54,077 nt of DNA from Nemertoderma westbladi (taxonomy: Eukaryota; Animalia; Xenacoelomorpha), in NCBI GenBank assembly GCA_032718475.1, contig JAUCBJ010000051.1:1-54077 (forward strand), given 5' to 3'. Under the pieces are notes generated by a model. That model did no database searches, was not told where the DNA came from, and saw only the letters and a list, made by a program, of their open reading frames with translations. This document shows positions 1 through 20,500 of the stretch, in pieces. The stretch's first letter is position 1. Every line of letters starts with the position of its first letter. A program made the translations under genes and the position numbers.

Positions 1-2882
1 ATCTTTCTCTACAGACATGCTTCTCTCGTGGACTCACCGGATATCTTTCTCTACAGACATGCTTCTCTCGTGGACTCACCGGATATCTTTCTCTACAGAC
101 ATGCTTCTCTCGTGGACTCACCGGATATCTTTCTCTACAGACATGCTTCTCTCGTGGACTCACCGGATATCTTTCTCTACAGACATGCTTCTCTCGTGGA
201 CTCACCGGATATCTTTCTCTACAGACATGCTTCTCTCGTGGACTCACCGGATATCTTTCTCTACAGACATGCTTCTCTCGTGGACTCACCGGATATCTTT
301 CTCTACAGACATGCCTCTCTCGCGGACTCACCCGATATCTTTCTCTACAGACATGCTTCTCTCATGGACTCACCGGATATCTTTCTCTACAGACATGCTT
401 CTCTCGTGGACTCACCGGATATCTTTCTCTACAGACATGCTTCTCTCGTGGACTCACCGGATATCTTTCTCTACAGACATGCTTCTCTAAAGGACTCACC
501 GGATATCTTTCTCTACAGACATGCTTCTCTCATGGACTCACCGGATATCTTTCTCTACAGACATGCTTCTCTCGTGGACTCACCGGATATCTTTCTCTAC
601 AGACATGCTTCTCTCGTGGACTCACCGGATATCTTTCTCTACAGACATGCTTCTCTAAAGGACTCACCGGATATCTTTCTCTACAGACATGCCTCTCTCG
701 TGGACTCACCGGATATCTTTCTCTACAGACATGCCTCTCTCGCGGACTCACCGGATATCTTTCTTTACAGACATGCCTCTCTCGCGGACTCACCGGATAT
801 CTTTCTCTACAGACATGCTTCTCTCGTGGACTCACCGGATATCTTTCTCTACAGACATGCCTCTCTCGCGGACTCACCGGATATCTTTCTCTACAGACAT
901 GCTTCTCTCGCGGACTCACCGGATATCTTTCTCTACAGACATGTTTCTCTCGTGGACTCACCGGATATCTTTCTCTACAGACATGCTTCTCTCGTGGACT
1001 CACCGGATATCTTTCTCTACAGACATGCCTCTCTCGCGGACTCACCGGATATCTTTCTCTACAGACATGCTTCTCTCGCGGACTCACCGGATATCTTTCT
1101 CTACAGACATGTTTCTCTCGTGGACTCACCGGATATCTTTCTCTACAGACATGCTTCTCTCGTGGACTCACCGGATATCTTTCTCTACAGACATGCTTCT
1201 CTCGTGGACTCACCGGATATCTTTCTCTACAGACATGCTTCTCTCGTGGACTCACCGGATATCTTTCTCTACAGACATGCTTCTCTCGTGGACTCACCGG
1301 ATATCTTTCTCTACAGACATGCCTCTCTCGCGGACTCACCGGATATCTTTCTCTACAGACATGTTTCTCTCGTGGACTCACCGGAATCTTTCTCTACAGA
1401 CATGCTTCTCTCGTGGACTCACCGGATATCTTTCTCTACAGACATGCCACTCTCGCGGACTCACCGGATATCTTTCTCTACAGACATGCTTCTCTAAAGG
1501 ACTCACCGGATATCTTTCTCTACAGACATGCTTCTCTCGTGGACTCACCGGATATCTTTCTCTACAGACATGCCTCTCTCGCGGACTCACCGGATATCTT
1601 TCTCTACAGACATGCTTCTCTCGTGGACTCACCGGATATCTTTCTCTACAGACATGCTTCTCTCGTGGACTCACCGGATATCTTTCTCTACAGACATGTT
1701 TCTCTCGTGGACTCACCGGATATCTTTCTCTTCAGACATGCCTCTCTCGCGGACTCACCGGATATCTTTCTCTACAGACATGCTTCTCTAAAGGACTCAC
1801 CGGATATCTTTCTCTACAGACATGTTTCTCTCGTGGACTCACCGGATATCTTTCTCTACAGACATGCTTCTCTCGTGGACTCACCGGATATCTTTCTCTA
1901 CAGACATGCTTCTCTAAAGGACTCACCGGATATCTTTCTCTACAGACATGCTTCTCTCGTGGACTCACCGGATATCTTTCTCTACAGACATGCCTCTCTC
2001 GCGGACTCACCGGATATCTTTCTCTACAGACATGCTTCTCTCGTGGACTCACCGGATATCTTTCTCTACAGACATGCTTCTCTCGTGGACTCACCGGATA
2101 TCTTTCTCTACAGACATGCTTCTCTCGAGGACTCACCGGATATCTTTCTCTACAGACATGCTTCTCTCGTGGACTCACCGGATATCTTTCTCTACAGACA
2201 TGCTTCTCTCGTGGACTCACCGGATATCTTTCTCTACAGACATGCTTCTCTCGTGGACTCACCGGATATCTTTCTCTACAGACATGCTTCTCTCGTGGAC
2301 TCACCGGATATCTTTCTCTACAGACATGCTTCTCTCGTGGACTCACCGGATATCTTTCTCTACAGACATGCTTCTCTCGCGGACTCACCGGATATCTTTC
2401 TCTACAGACATGCTTCTCTCGTGGACTCACCGGATATCTTTCTCTACAGACATGCTTCTCTCGTGGACTCACCGGATATCTTTCTCTACAGACATGCTTC
2501 TCTCGCGGACTCACCGGATATCTTTCTCTACAGACATGCTTCTCTCGTGGACTCACCGGATTTCCTTCTCTACAGACATGCTTCTCTCGTGGACTCACCC
2601 GATATCTTTCAGACATGCTTCTCTCGTGGACTCACCGGATATCTTTCTCTACAGACATGCTTCTCTCGTGGACTCACCGGATATCTTTCTCTACAGACAT
2701 GCTTCTCTCGTGGACTCACCGGATATCTTTCTCTACAGACATGCTTCTCTCGTGGACTCACCGGATATCTTTCTCTACAGACATGCTTCTCTCGCGGACT
2801 CACCGGATATCTTTCTCTACAGACATGTTTCTCTCGTGGACTCACCGGATATCTTTCTCTACAGACATGCTTCTCGCGTGGA
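1..2882 (-). repeat. 42-bp tandem array (~68 copies in window, runs off the left edge); unit = 3' end of PSMC2 exon 5 + GTGAG donor
   Basis: Minus-strand unit GTGAGTCCACGAGAGAAGCATGTCTGTAGAGAAAGATATCCG versus exon end TCCACGCGAGAAGCATGTCTGTAGAGAAAGATATCCG|GTGAG. Few variants; 1-nt deletion near 1386 and 5-nt deletion near 2610. Confidence 0.98.
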
Positions 2883-3003
2883 TTTTAAATATATTCGTTC
2901 GCCCGTCCAGGTCTGGGAGGTTGAACTCAATCTTCCTGTCTAGACGACCGGGTCTCAACAGTGCAGGATCCAGTGTGTCTGGTCGGTTAGTCGCCATTAG
3001 CAC
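2846..3003 (-). CDS. PSMC2: 26S proteasome regulatory ATPase RPT1, coding exon 5 (gene continues beyond window start)
   Basis: [53 protein letters not shown] (AAA second region of homology); acceptor tttacccag, donor CG|gtgagt; 158 nt, phase 0 to 2. Confidence 0.96.
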
Positions 3004-3960
3004 CTGGGTAAACGAACAAATAAACGATCGATCGTTTAATACCAACGCGTGTCGATTTTGGTAATTGTTAAACTGGATGACATTTATTTATGTTTGGCAA
3101 TGGAACTTAAAATAGCGCATTTGAATAAAATACAAGTGGGAACCTAACAGAGAATTTTGAACTCCTGACATGAATTACAAATATATACAGGGCCGGATTT
3201 AGGAAAGGGCATCGCCCATGGACATTGACATCCATTGGGCCTCCACCACCGCATCATAGCTGGGAACGATACGCCCTTGGAAAATTTCAAAAATATCCAG
3301 ATCAAATATTGCCATTTTGTAAAGAAAACTTGAGTAAAAAATAATTTAAATAATTTATGAATTTAATATTCACACAATAAATAAAAAAACATGTACCGGG
3401 GGGGGGGGGGGGGCTTTGGGGGCACTGCCCCCCCCCCCCCCCCCCCCCCCCCAGACAAGACCCACTGCCCCCCCAGTCATGTCTTGTTCTATCGTCTTGT
3501 TTTCACAATTAATTAATAATAATATTGTTGGTAATCAATATTATTGGATTCACATACTAATTCTACCCACTGACATGACCTGACTCCGCCACCATTCTAT
3601 TTGGTCCAATTATAATGGCACTGGCACTGCCAGAGCCTGTGCCGAAATACATTGTATGGTGTACCGTTATGTATTTTTTCTATGTTGCTACTCACAACTC
3701 AGGGCTGGAAAGCTTGTTGGCAGACCGCATCTCTTTATAGATTTTGATAGCAATTCAAGATTGCAGTTCATATAATTACTAAAAATACACAAAAGCTCCA
3801 GGTTCTCTCATTGGCTACCAGGGCAGGAGTTGTTCGCTGTTGACCTATTGTCTGCAGTTTGGGATCCAGCTTGCAACTAATAGTAATAGGCTAGACGCTG
3901 ATGATTGTTTGCGCTGGTAAACATATATCTAAAATTTTATTTTTTGTAATTTTAACCTTA

Positions 3961-4130
3961 ACTTTTGTACTTATTTAAGCTTACAAATTTTAAACTCGAG
4001 AGGTTTAATTAAATCCGACAAAGTTATTGGCATGTCAAAATCGTAACAACAACAACTAATTGCTATTGTTGGCCCACTCCCTTAACAGTGCCAGTTCGAC
4101 AAGGGTCCTCCAACTTCGTGGCTCGCCCCA
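3961..4130. mobile_element. Partial copy of the interspersed element at 37171-37673
   Basis: taaatccgacaaagttatt(g/a)gcatgtcaaaatcgtaac...ccaacttcgtggctcgccccaca shared with ~37510-37675. Confidence 0.8.
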
Positions 4131-4924
4131 CACACTCTTCAACAATATTGATTTTTCTTTACGTACGAAATTAACTCTCACTTTGCTGTATGCCCCCCAA
4201 ACCCAGTTATGGGTTTGCCCCCCCAGATTTGGCCTCTACCCCCCCCCCCCCCCCCCCCAGATATAATGGTCACCATACGGGCCTGGTTGGAGAACATGGC
4301 TGACTGCATTTTCTCAAGTTGGTTCTGACACGTGTAACGAGTGTGGATGGCGGAGGAAAGCGAACACAAATTTTATCAATAACCATATATCGTAGAAACA
4401 AGTAGAAACGTGATTGGCTTATGTTTGTGATAAAGCCCAAAACTGGGGTCAAACCTGCCTCTCCGATCAGCTGACCGTCGTCGGCTGACTACTGCTTGCA
4501 TGCGACTTCTAGTATCTATCTAGGTTATTTTACTTGTTGGTTTTTACAAACCAACAGAAAGTTGCTTAATCTTTCTTGGCAATAAAATACATAAAGTAAT
4601 TATCCAGGACGCATCTCTGCCTTGCATCCTTAAATAGTAGCTAATGAGTATGTATGGAGTTTCATTGGGGAGTATAGTTCTGGGGGGGGGGGGGGGGACG
4701 CACTGGAACTAAGCCGTAAGACTTTGTGCGTAATCCCGGGCCTATAACTGTGCAGTAAACATTTTACTTGTTTTACGATAAGAAACTCATCCACTCCTAA
4801 TTTAATCGTTAACATTCATTCAATTTGTTTATTATCAATATGGTGGTCTAAATAATAAAGTAAGTAAGTAATATAAAGCAGACTTGCGTTGTATTGACAA
4901 GGATTATAAACAAATAGGGAACTA

Positions 4925-5155
<231 letters not shown>

Positions 5156-5661
5156 TTACACATACAAATAAAGTAACACTTTATATGATTATATTTACCC
5201 AGACGAGTATGAATAATGTATTAAATAAAGTAATATAATAGGTGGTAGGTAATACCATACCAGCACACTATTGACGTTTCACTAAAGGTCTGTACCAACC
5301 ATATGGTCTACAGGTAACGCAAGCCGCATAGGGGCAACCCTGAATGTACTTTGTCGTCTATCCCAAAATATAGTGTGATTTAACAATAAAGGGTCTGAAA
5401 TAAATAATACTCGATATATACAATTTTTGGCAGTAGCACAATACAATAGACCCTCAGAGAAATGAGACTGAGTGTGGGTATATTTTTATTTAACCCAATA
5501 TACTTATTTTAGATTATTATTAACTCTTCCTTTAACACTTTTGAGTTTGACATATAATTGTTAAAAAGTAGTGTTTGCATTGACAATTAGGAGACTGTGA
5601 TGACCTGAATTGCAGATATACAACATATCAGGTGATATTTTCCAGGTCAACATTTTATCAG

Positions 5662-5725
5662 AGCCGCCATCGGAATGGTTAGAGCGCTAACCTGGAGGTC
5701 ACCAGTTCAATCCCACCTGGCCGCC
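5662..5725 (+). other. Degenerate tRNA-related (SINE head-like) fragment
   Basis: A-box-like TGGTTAGAGCG and B-box-like GTTCAATCCC with shortened spacing; no full cloverleaf. Confidence 0.3.
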
Positions 5726-5848
5726 TTTTGTTCATTGAGATACTATTTTACAAAAATGAAATAATATCAGAAGAAATCTGATTTGGGGAACATGGGGGTG
5801 GGGCTTTCTTTAGAAACAATAAGTGTAATTGTTCAGTCTCTTAACACA

Positions 5849-7068
5849 TCACCAACACCTTCCTATAATGTGGATCTTAACAGATTGCCTAAATTTGGGA
5901 ACAAATAACAACATCAAATAAAAATTTAAGAAGTAAGCAGAACTGAGGAGTATGAGGTCGACAGTAAGGAAACGAATTCGGAAAAGTTCTATATCGTAAA
6001 AATATGTTAGTTGTTGCAGAGTAGTGAGCGGACCAAGTTCTTTTTATGATAATGAGTTGCATATTCCACAGTCATCAATACCAAATAACTTAATTCTCCC
6101 AGGACCAGCAATGTACTAACAATAAGGAATGTATACACGGCGCTGAATATGCGTTTATGTGATGATCTTGTGGCCGCCATTATCCGGATTTTGTAGACAG
6201 TGAGACAGTTTATTACAAGAGTAACGACGAATTGAATAACAGTTCGAACAATCTTGAAATACTCTAGGAAAGAAGTGGCACCATCTATCGCCGCATTACC
6301 TCCGGTATATTCATGTCCCCAAAATTCAACTGACTCGTTGACATATCTGACTTCTGGTATCCAAGCACAGTACTGTGGCCAATAAACAGCTGCTGTATAT
6401 ATAACCAAACATACCGTGATTGGGTATATCATTTTCTTATCCTTAAGTTTTGTTCGTTTATACCAAATTGGAAAATATAAAGCAGAAATTCTCTCCACCC
6501 CCATTAGTAACGATAATGAAATAATAATTTCCTTACATTGGCTAGAAAACAGTTTATAGTACATTTGGAATAACCAAAATATGAGATTGGGTGATTGAAA
6601 CGAGAATTCTATGTTTGTAAGCAAATGTGACTGAGATATCCACCAATCGTCGTTAAATCCGTAGAGTAAAAAGTTACCAAATAACTTACACGGTTCGAGA
6701 ATTGAGTCCAATATTAACATTCGATAAAATAACGTCGTCATTGTCGGATCCAAAATGATAGTTGCAATAATTAATGAACTACCAATAATACTAGCCACTA
6801 AATATATACAAGTCAATGGCAGCAAAACCTTTTTGCTTATAATTGTAAACTCAGTGCGTTTATTCGCAAAATTGTTGAACATTTTGTCGAATTCATCTTT
6901 TGTGATTGTCTCATAAAATTCGTGATACTCCTGGTTGGAGTCATTGAGATCTGGCTTAATGTCTTGGCTAGAGATCCGAGCTACTGGTGATGAGACGGAG
7001 TTGATGGAAATCAGCAATATAAATAGGATAAGTTGAGGTGAATATATTGAAAACATAATGGAATTCAT
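5849..7068 (-). pseudogene. Intronless rhodopsin-like 7TM GPCR nested in PSMC2 intron 3, 1-nt frameshift before TM7 (pseudogene or assembly indel)
   Basis: ORF 6007-7068 has a hydrophobic N-terminus, about six TM segments and a DRY-like GVERISALYFP. Adding one base in the T5 run at 6041-6045 continues into ...FLTVDLILLSSAYFLNFYLMLLFVPKFRQSVK...CW* (TM7/helix-8-like), stop at 5849-5851. Confidence 0.75.
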
Positions 7069-7165
7069 TCCAGTAAATTTAAGGTCTCGTTAAATTATAT
7101 TTTCATCACAATACGAAATGGTTATATTTAAGTTGTAATGGGTTAAAATTACAAGGACACGTTTG

Positions 7166-7377
7166 TAGAATGTTAAAACCATAATAAAAAGAGTTTACAG
7201 TGCAAGAATGGACGTTTCGTTATTTAATAATAACATCATCAGCATAATTAAGCGACACAAACAGATAATATAAAAGTGATTTAATTAAACCTACTACAGG
7301 ACTATAATATAAGTTCAAAATGACGAAACGTCTGCACTTGCACTGTAAACTCTTTTTATTTTGGTTTCAACGCTCTA
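7166..7377. mobile_element. MITE-like element with ~60-bp imperfect inverted repeats
   Basis: aaccataataaaaagagtttacagtgcaag...gacgtttcgttattt inverted against aaatgacgaaacgtc...cttgcactgtaaactctttttattttggtt; no clear TSD. Confidence 0.65.
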
Positions 7378-8759
7378 CCAACTAGTTTTAGTAATTTTAA
7401 CTCTATTACGACTTAGAATCCCACCAGGGACCTCGTTAACTTCAGTCTTCCAATCATGGTTAGATTTTACGAATAAATTTTCGACAATTTCGTAGGAGAA
7501 TATAAGAATACAATAGCAATCGAATAATGATATATAATATATAAAGGGAATGTTATATGGGAATGGAGCGGTTATATTAAACAAAACGAAAAGAACCTTA
7601 TCTATTTATTTATCAATATTATGTTATTAATTAAGTGACTTTTTACATTTACTTAGGATGAACTGATCATGTATGTGGACATGGACGACATAAGCTGCGA
7701 CTATTAATTAGGTTATCAGCGATAAGGTATTGTTGGAATGTAGGCAGCAAATTATATGGAAAAATTACATTTAAATGTAAATAAATAATAATTAACGAAC
7801 GATGTGATAGGAAAATAATGACTCATTGACAACAATAATACGAAATACGACAGAAATATCCAGATAAAATCGGAATTTCCTTTTATATCTGACTTGTAAA
7901 ATTGCAATTTCGGTTGTTGAGAATTTCTGATTTTGATTCTTTTCTGATTCATATTTTATCTTGAGGAAAATCAATCTAATAACAGCTGATTGATAACCCG
8001 CAAAATATAAATGTAACCTGTGCTATTGACTTTCGTGTATTGTTTTTGTTAGAATATTGTGTCACCTTAACCTGATCCTTTACCGCAATTGTTATCATTG
8101 ACGATATTATTTCGCCGAGATGGGATTTGCGTCAAGCAATACATACTAAATATGGTACATTCTCACCAAAATTGGCCAAAATGTGTGTTTTTTGCTTTTC
8201 CAAAATTTTTTTTAACCAGAATAATAGTAAACCCATATATTTTTGTGAAATTGGAATTGAAACACTATTATTTCAGTCAGAAGCTAAAACTTTGTAGCCA
8301 TGTGTAGCAAGTAGTCACTATATTCAGTGAAAACAAATAGGTAGAGTAAATTGGATCTATAGGACTTTTCGTCCCAGATATCTAGCCTATGGACTGGACA
8401 TCTACCACTCACTTTTAGTCTCAAAAAGAAAATGACTAAATTACAAGTTCCCATAACATTGTTCATGAAAAATAACATATAAACACAATATACAATAAAC
8501 AATAAACACACGCTAATACAAATCGTTAAAATACCAGTCAACCTATGAAACTACTATAGGACTAGCATCTAGTAGTTTCGTAGGTTTAATACCATTTTTT
8601 TCCTTCAGATCAGCAATAAAATTCTGGGGATGAAAAATCCATGACAAAAATTCCCGGGACGCGAAAATACGGAGTAAATTAAATAGTCAGACAGTCACCG
8701 AATGTAAAGCCTGAAATAAATAAATAAACAGTATAATTTATTTAATACCGGTAAAATTA

Positions 8760-8954
<195 letters not shown>

Positions 8955-9270
8955 TTAAAAATTAACTGAGTCAGATATATTTTTATTCTTAACTTCTGTC
9001 CCGAACTTTACGTTATGTTTTATGATTCAAGATTGCAATTTTTGTCGCAGCGGGGGAAAAATACTCCGATTACATTAAAACTGCTATCAATTAGCAACTG
9101 TTAGATCACATAACAGCCGTTGATCAATGTTGTACAAGTACTGAATTTCATACTGCAGTAAGAAAGTATCTGTTAGCCCACACCTGTACAGCAAATGTTG
9201 GTCCCCAAAAGAATTATAGTCCAGCAGAATCAGACCAGACACCCCACCCTCCCCCCGGATAAATATACCG

Positions 9271-14965
<5,695 letters not shown>

Positions 14966-15268
14966 TTAAAGTATCTCCCTTTCAATACTCCATTACCCGA
15001 AACCGTACATTTTTTTTAGTGCAAGGGGGTTCTTCCACATTTTCGAAGGAGCACGCACTGTCTAACTATAATCCTACAAATTGCAAGATTATAAGAATAG
15101 ACATAAATATAGTCATTCATTATATAATATTATATCTGGCAACCTAGTGCCCGGGATAATCATATAATTAATTGGTATTAAAAAATTTGCTCGTACCAAG
15201 AGAGATACATCCTGGCGAATGCATCCCCCCCCCCCCGTGTATCTACCTGTCTACTGCTTCTAACTCAC

Positions 15269-15671
15269 CCTCCTCGATGTCTGTGGGCGCAACCTGATCG
15301 CTGAGATCTACAACGAACTTCGCGAATTGTTTCACGTTTATTATATATTTAGGGTCGTCTGAATCAGCGTTAATAATTTTCGTACACCGAGCGACTTGTA
15401 GAGGTTGTTCGGACTGAAGAGCCTGTTTGTCTGCGGCGAGGTCCCATAATGCCGGTAATGCCAGCCCAGTATCCGACTCCTTTATACCAGTAAGTTCGTT
15501 AACTCTCTTCAGAGTATCCTGTATATCAGTTTCAACTTGTTTAATAAACTTTGTATATTGCCCTTGCCCGTAGGTCTTTAACAAGGCAATGTCTCCTTCA
15601 TCCAATGATTGTATCGGTTTGTCCTTGTCTTCCTTCTCAGTTTCCACAGGTTTGCGTTGAGAATCCGCCAT
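15269..15671 (-). CDS. PSMC2: RPT1 coding exon 1
   Basis: MADSQ...[15 protein letters not shown]...[10 protein letters not shown]...WDLAADKQ...[13 protein letters not shown]...[22 protein letters not shown]; donor G|gtgagt; 403 nt; phases join all five exons in frame. Confidence 0.96.
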
Positions 15672-17574
15672 TTTGCCAATTAACTAAATATATTAACTAT
15701 ATTAATAGGCCTATTATTCAACTTATTGTGATTATGCCTGTCCTAAGATCAGTAACTAGTTCACAAAGCATTAAACATGACTTAAAGTACGGTATGCCTG
15801 ACCTACACCCACACACCTCACCCTGGAGTTGTTGAGCAGTAATGCCCACAGGCACACCTGTACTGCAATTGTATTTAAAAAAAAAAAGGTTAATTTATGT
15901 AATTATGATGATAGGGGATCGGTTTGCATTTCACTAAGGTGCAGTGCCGGAGGACCAAGAAACAAGTCCCTAAAAGGTGCCACCCTGCTCCAGCTCCATA
16001 GCCCGGGAAATTCAAATGAAATTAATAATTTGTAGGCCTATTGGTAATGGTGACAGATCAAATCTGCCACCTATCAGCAGATAGGTATGATAGGCAATAG
16101 GTAGGTAGGATGATAGGCTGATAGGCCTATCACTGATATACGGTAGGGTTAACCCGTTAGCTATACCAACCAATTCCGGACAAAATATTGAATTTCCCTC
16201 TCTTACTTCAGTTTGACCAATCATAAGACTGCAAATTAAGTTTTTTCTTTACATTACATTCTTCAGCTTCAAAATAAAACACTAACATCAATTGCCCAGT
16301 GCCACCTTGTGGGTGGGACTGGGCATTCTTTTTGTTGAGTCTGGCTTGTCCGGAATTGGTGTACCAAGCACAATTCCGGAAATAATGGTAGGCAATGCAG
16401 ACTCAAAAGTGGCTCCGATCAAAATAACCAATTATGTTGCACCAATTCCAGACAGAGAATGAAAGTGTTACCAATGTGCTATGTCTGTGAAATGAAGGTT
16501 TCAACCTATTTCTTTTTTGCAAACAATGTTATATTCATATTTTGTACAAACTATGACTGCAAACCTACAGCTGTACAGTCAAGCCGGCCACCTGCTGAGC
16601 TATTACTGTGTTGCCGTTCCTTGTTCTTTCTGTCTTTCAACCTATCCTCGTTTTTTTAGACTACTTCCATTCTGCACTTGGCACTTGGCTGCTTGGCAGT
16701 AGGGAACATACCCTTAAATAAGCTCCAAAAGTGGGTTCTTATTTAAGGAAAATGGCTCTTATTTAGGGGTTTTTGGGCCTTTTTTGGATATTTTTTCGAC
16801 ATAACATGCAAGAACTTGTTTCAGTAAAAAATACCGCATATTTTTATTTCACAATATAAAAGTTGGTTCTTTCTTGAACATAATGCAAAAAACCAGAAAA
16901 TATTTCACCGTCCGGTTTTTTTTCTACAAGCGTTTTAAAATTGCATCAAAAATACGACCAGTTCCTAAATAAGAGCGATTTTTTAAATTTACCTTATTTA
17001 AGACATCGAAATTGTACACATAAATACTAAAAGTCCTTAAATAAGAACTTTCTGACATGGGTTTCTTATTTAGGTATACAATTTCATTCCAAAATCTGCA
17101 TACTCCTTACAGCCTTAAATAAATTAAATATTTCTCATTTCTCACAGAGAGTAGAAGCAGTTCCGCGACAATAATAATATTGCCCCTCAAAAGAGGGCCC
17201 TTACTGCATCAGGGACGCGTTTTTCGGCAGAGCCCCGTCAGCTGAAACAGCCAGTGCCGCTAGTCGATGGGGTTGACTTGTTGACGAGAGGCTATTATGA
17301 CTTATGAGGCGCAATGGGATACGCATCGCGTATCTCCTTCTGTCAACCAATACTGGCCTCATTTCTCATATATTAAATTAAATAAATTAAATATCCTTAT
17401 ATAATGTCTCTTATAACCTTGTCTCCCAGCACCGTCCTCCTTCTGCCCTTATCTGCTTATGACAGTTATGATATGACCTCCTACCTGCCTAACCTTGACA
17501 GGACATTGCAAGATGCAGAGATAACTGGATAAGGGATCTTCTGAGCTTAATTGGATAGGTGCAAAAATGCACCA

Positions 17575-20500
17575 CGAGCAACAATGACCTACAATAAGCA
17601 ACAACGAGCAACAAACGAACAATGAGCTGATGAGTAACAAAACAACGAGCAACAACGAGTAACAATGAGTAACATTGAGCAATAATACTGTAATAAAGTA
17701 CAACAACGAGCAATAATGAGGAACAACGACTGAACGAGCAACAATGAGCAACAACGAGTAACAATGAGCAACAACGAGTAACAATGAGCAACAACGAGTA
17801 ACAATGAGCAACTACGACTACTACGAGTACCATTGAGCAACAATGAGAAACAATGAGCAACAACGAGCAAAAATGAGCAATAATAAAGTACAACAACGAG
17901 CAACAATGAGCAACAGCGAGAAACAACGAACAACAATCAGCACTAATGAGGAACAACGACTGAACGAGCAACAACGAGCAACAATGAGCAACAATGAGCA
18001 ATGACAAAGTACAACAACGAGCAACAACGAGAAACAGCGAGCAACAATGAGGAACAACGACTGAACGAGCAATAATAAAGTACAACAACGAGCAACAATG
18101 AGCAACAACGAGTAACACTGAGTAATAATGAGCAACAACGAGCAACAATGAGCAACAACGAGAAACAGCGAGCAACAATGAGGAACAACGACTGAACGTG
18201 CAATAATAAAGTACAACAACGAGCAACATTGAGAAACAACGAGCAACAATGAGCAATAATAAAGTACAACAACGAGAAACAACGAGCAACAATGAGCAAT
18301 AATAAAGTACAACAACGAGAAACAACGACCAATAATTAGGACATGAGGAACAACGAGTAACAATGAGCAACAATGACAATGAGTAAGAACGAGTAACATT
18401 GAGCAATAATAAAGTATAACAACGAGTAACATTGAGCAACAATGAGAAACACTGACCAACAATGAGCAATAATAAAGAACAACAACGAGCAACAATGAGC
18501 AACAACGACTGAACGAGCAACAACGAGTTATATTGAGCAACAACGAGCAATAATAAAGTACAACAACGAGAAACAACGAGCAACAATGAGGAACAACGAT
18601 TGAACAAACAATAATAAAGTACATCAACGAGCAACAATGAGTAACAATGAGCAACAACGAGCAATAATAGAGTACAACGAGCAATAATAAAGTACAACTA
18701 ACGAGCAACAATGAGCACCAACAAGCAACAATGACCAACAATAAGCAACAACGAGCAACAAATGAACAATGAGCTGATGAGTAACAAAACAACGAGTAAC
18801 AATGAGCAACAACGAGTAACATTGAGCAATAATAAAGTACAACAACGAGCAATAATGAGGAACAACGACTGAACGAGCAACAATGAGCAACAACGAGTAA
18901 CAATGAGCAACAATGAGAAACACTGAGCAACAATGAGCAATAATAAAGAACAACAACGAGCAACAATGAGCAACAACGAGCAATAATGAGCAACAACGAC
19001 TGAACGAGCAACAACGAGTTATATTGAGCAACAACGAGCAATAATAAAGTACAACAGCGAGAAACAACGAGCAACAATGAGGAACAACGATTGAACGAAC
19101 AATAATAAAGTACATCAACGAGCAACAATGAGTAACAATGAGCAACAACGAGCAATAATAGAGTACAACGAGCAATAATAAAGTACAACTAACGAGCAAC
19201 AATGAGCACCAACAAGCAACAATGACCAACAATAAGCAACAACGAGCAACAAATGAACAATGAGCTGATGAGTAACAAAACAACGAGTAACAACGAGCAA
19301 CAACGAGCAACAACGAGTAACATTGAGCAATAATAAAGTACAACAACGAGCAATAATGAGGAACAACGACTGAACGAGCAACAATGAGCAACAATGAGTA
19401 ACAATGAGCAACAACGAGTAACATTGAGCAACAATGAGAAACAATGAGCAACAACGAGCAATAATAAAGTACAACAACGAGCAACAATGAGCAACAGCGA
19501 GAAACAACGAACAACAATGAGCAATAATGAGGAACAACGACTGAACGAGCAACAACGAGCAACGATGAGCAACAACGAGTAACATTGAGAAACACCGAGC
19601 AACAATGAGCAATGATAAAGTACAACAACGAGCAACAATGAGCAACAACGAGTAACATTGAGCAACAATGAGCAACAACGAGCAAAAATGGGCAATAATA
19701 AAGTACAACAACGAGCAACAATGAGCAACAGCGAGAAACAACGAACAACAATGAGCAATAATGAGGAACAACGACTGAACGAGCAACAACCAGCAACAAT
19801 GAGCAACAACGAGTAACATTGAGAAACACCGAGCAACAATGAGCAATGATAAAGTACAACAACGAGCAACAATGAGCAACAACGAGTAACATTGAGCAAC
19901 AATGAGCAACAACGAGCAAAAATGGGCAATAATAAAGTACAACAACGAGCAACAATGAGCAACAACGAGAAACAGCGAGCAACAATGAGGAACAACGACT
20001 GAACGAGCAATAATAAAGTACAACAACGAGCAACAATGAGCAACAACGAGTAACGCTGAGTAATAATGAGCAACAACAAGCAACAACGAGCAACAATGAG
20101 CAACAGCGAGCAACAATGAGGAACAACGACTGAACGAGCAATAATAAAGTACAACAACGAGCAACATTGAGAAACAACGAGCAACAATGAGCAATAATAA
20201 AGTACAACAACGAGAAACAACGACCAATAATAAAGTACAACAACGAGCAACATTGAGAAACAACGTACAACGAGCAACAATGAGCAATAATAAAGTACAA
20301 CAACGAGAAACAACGACCAATAATTAGGACAGGAACAACGAGTAAGTCGAGTAACAATGAGCAACAATGACAATGAGTAACAACGAGTAACTTTGAGCAA
20401 TAATAAAGTATAACAACGAGTAACATTGAGCAACAACGAGCAACAATGAGCAATAATAAAGAACAACAACGAGCAACAACGAGAAACAACGAGCAATAAT

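Noticed and set aside
17-3064. Long ORFs in several frames over the 42-bp array
   Set aside because: Artefacts of a 3n repeat unit without stops; the region is PSMC2 intron.
5662-5725. Functional tRNA gene
   Set aside because: Anticodon arm and acceptor stem cannot be folded; at most a SINE-like relic.
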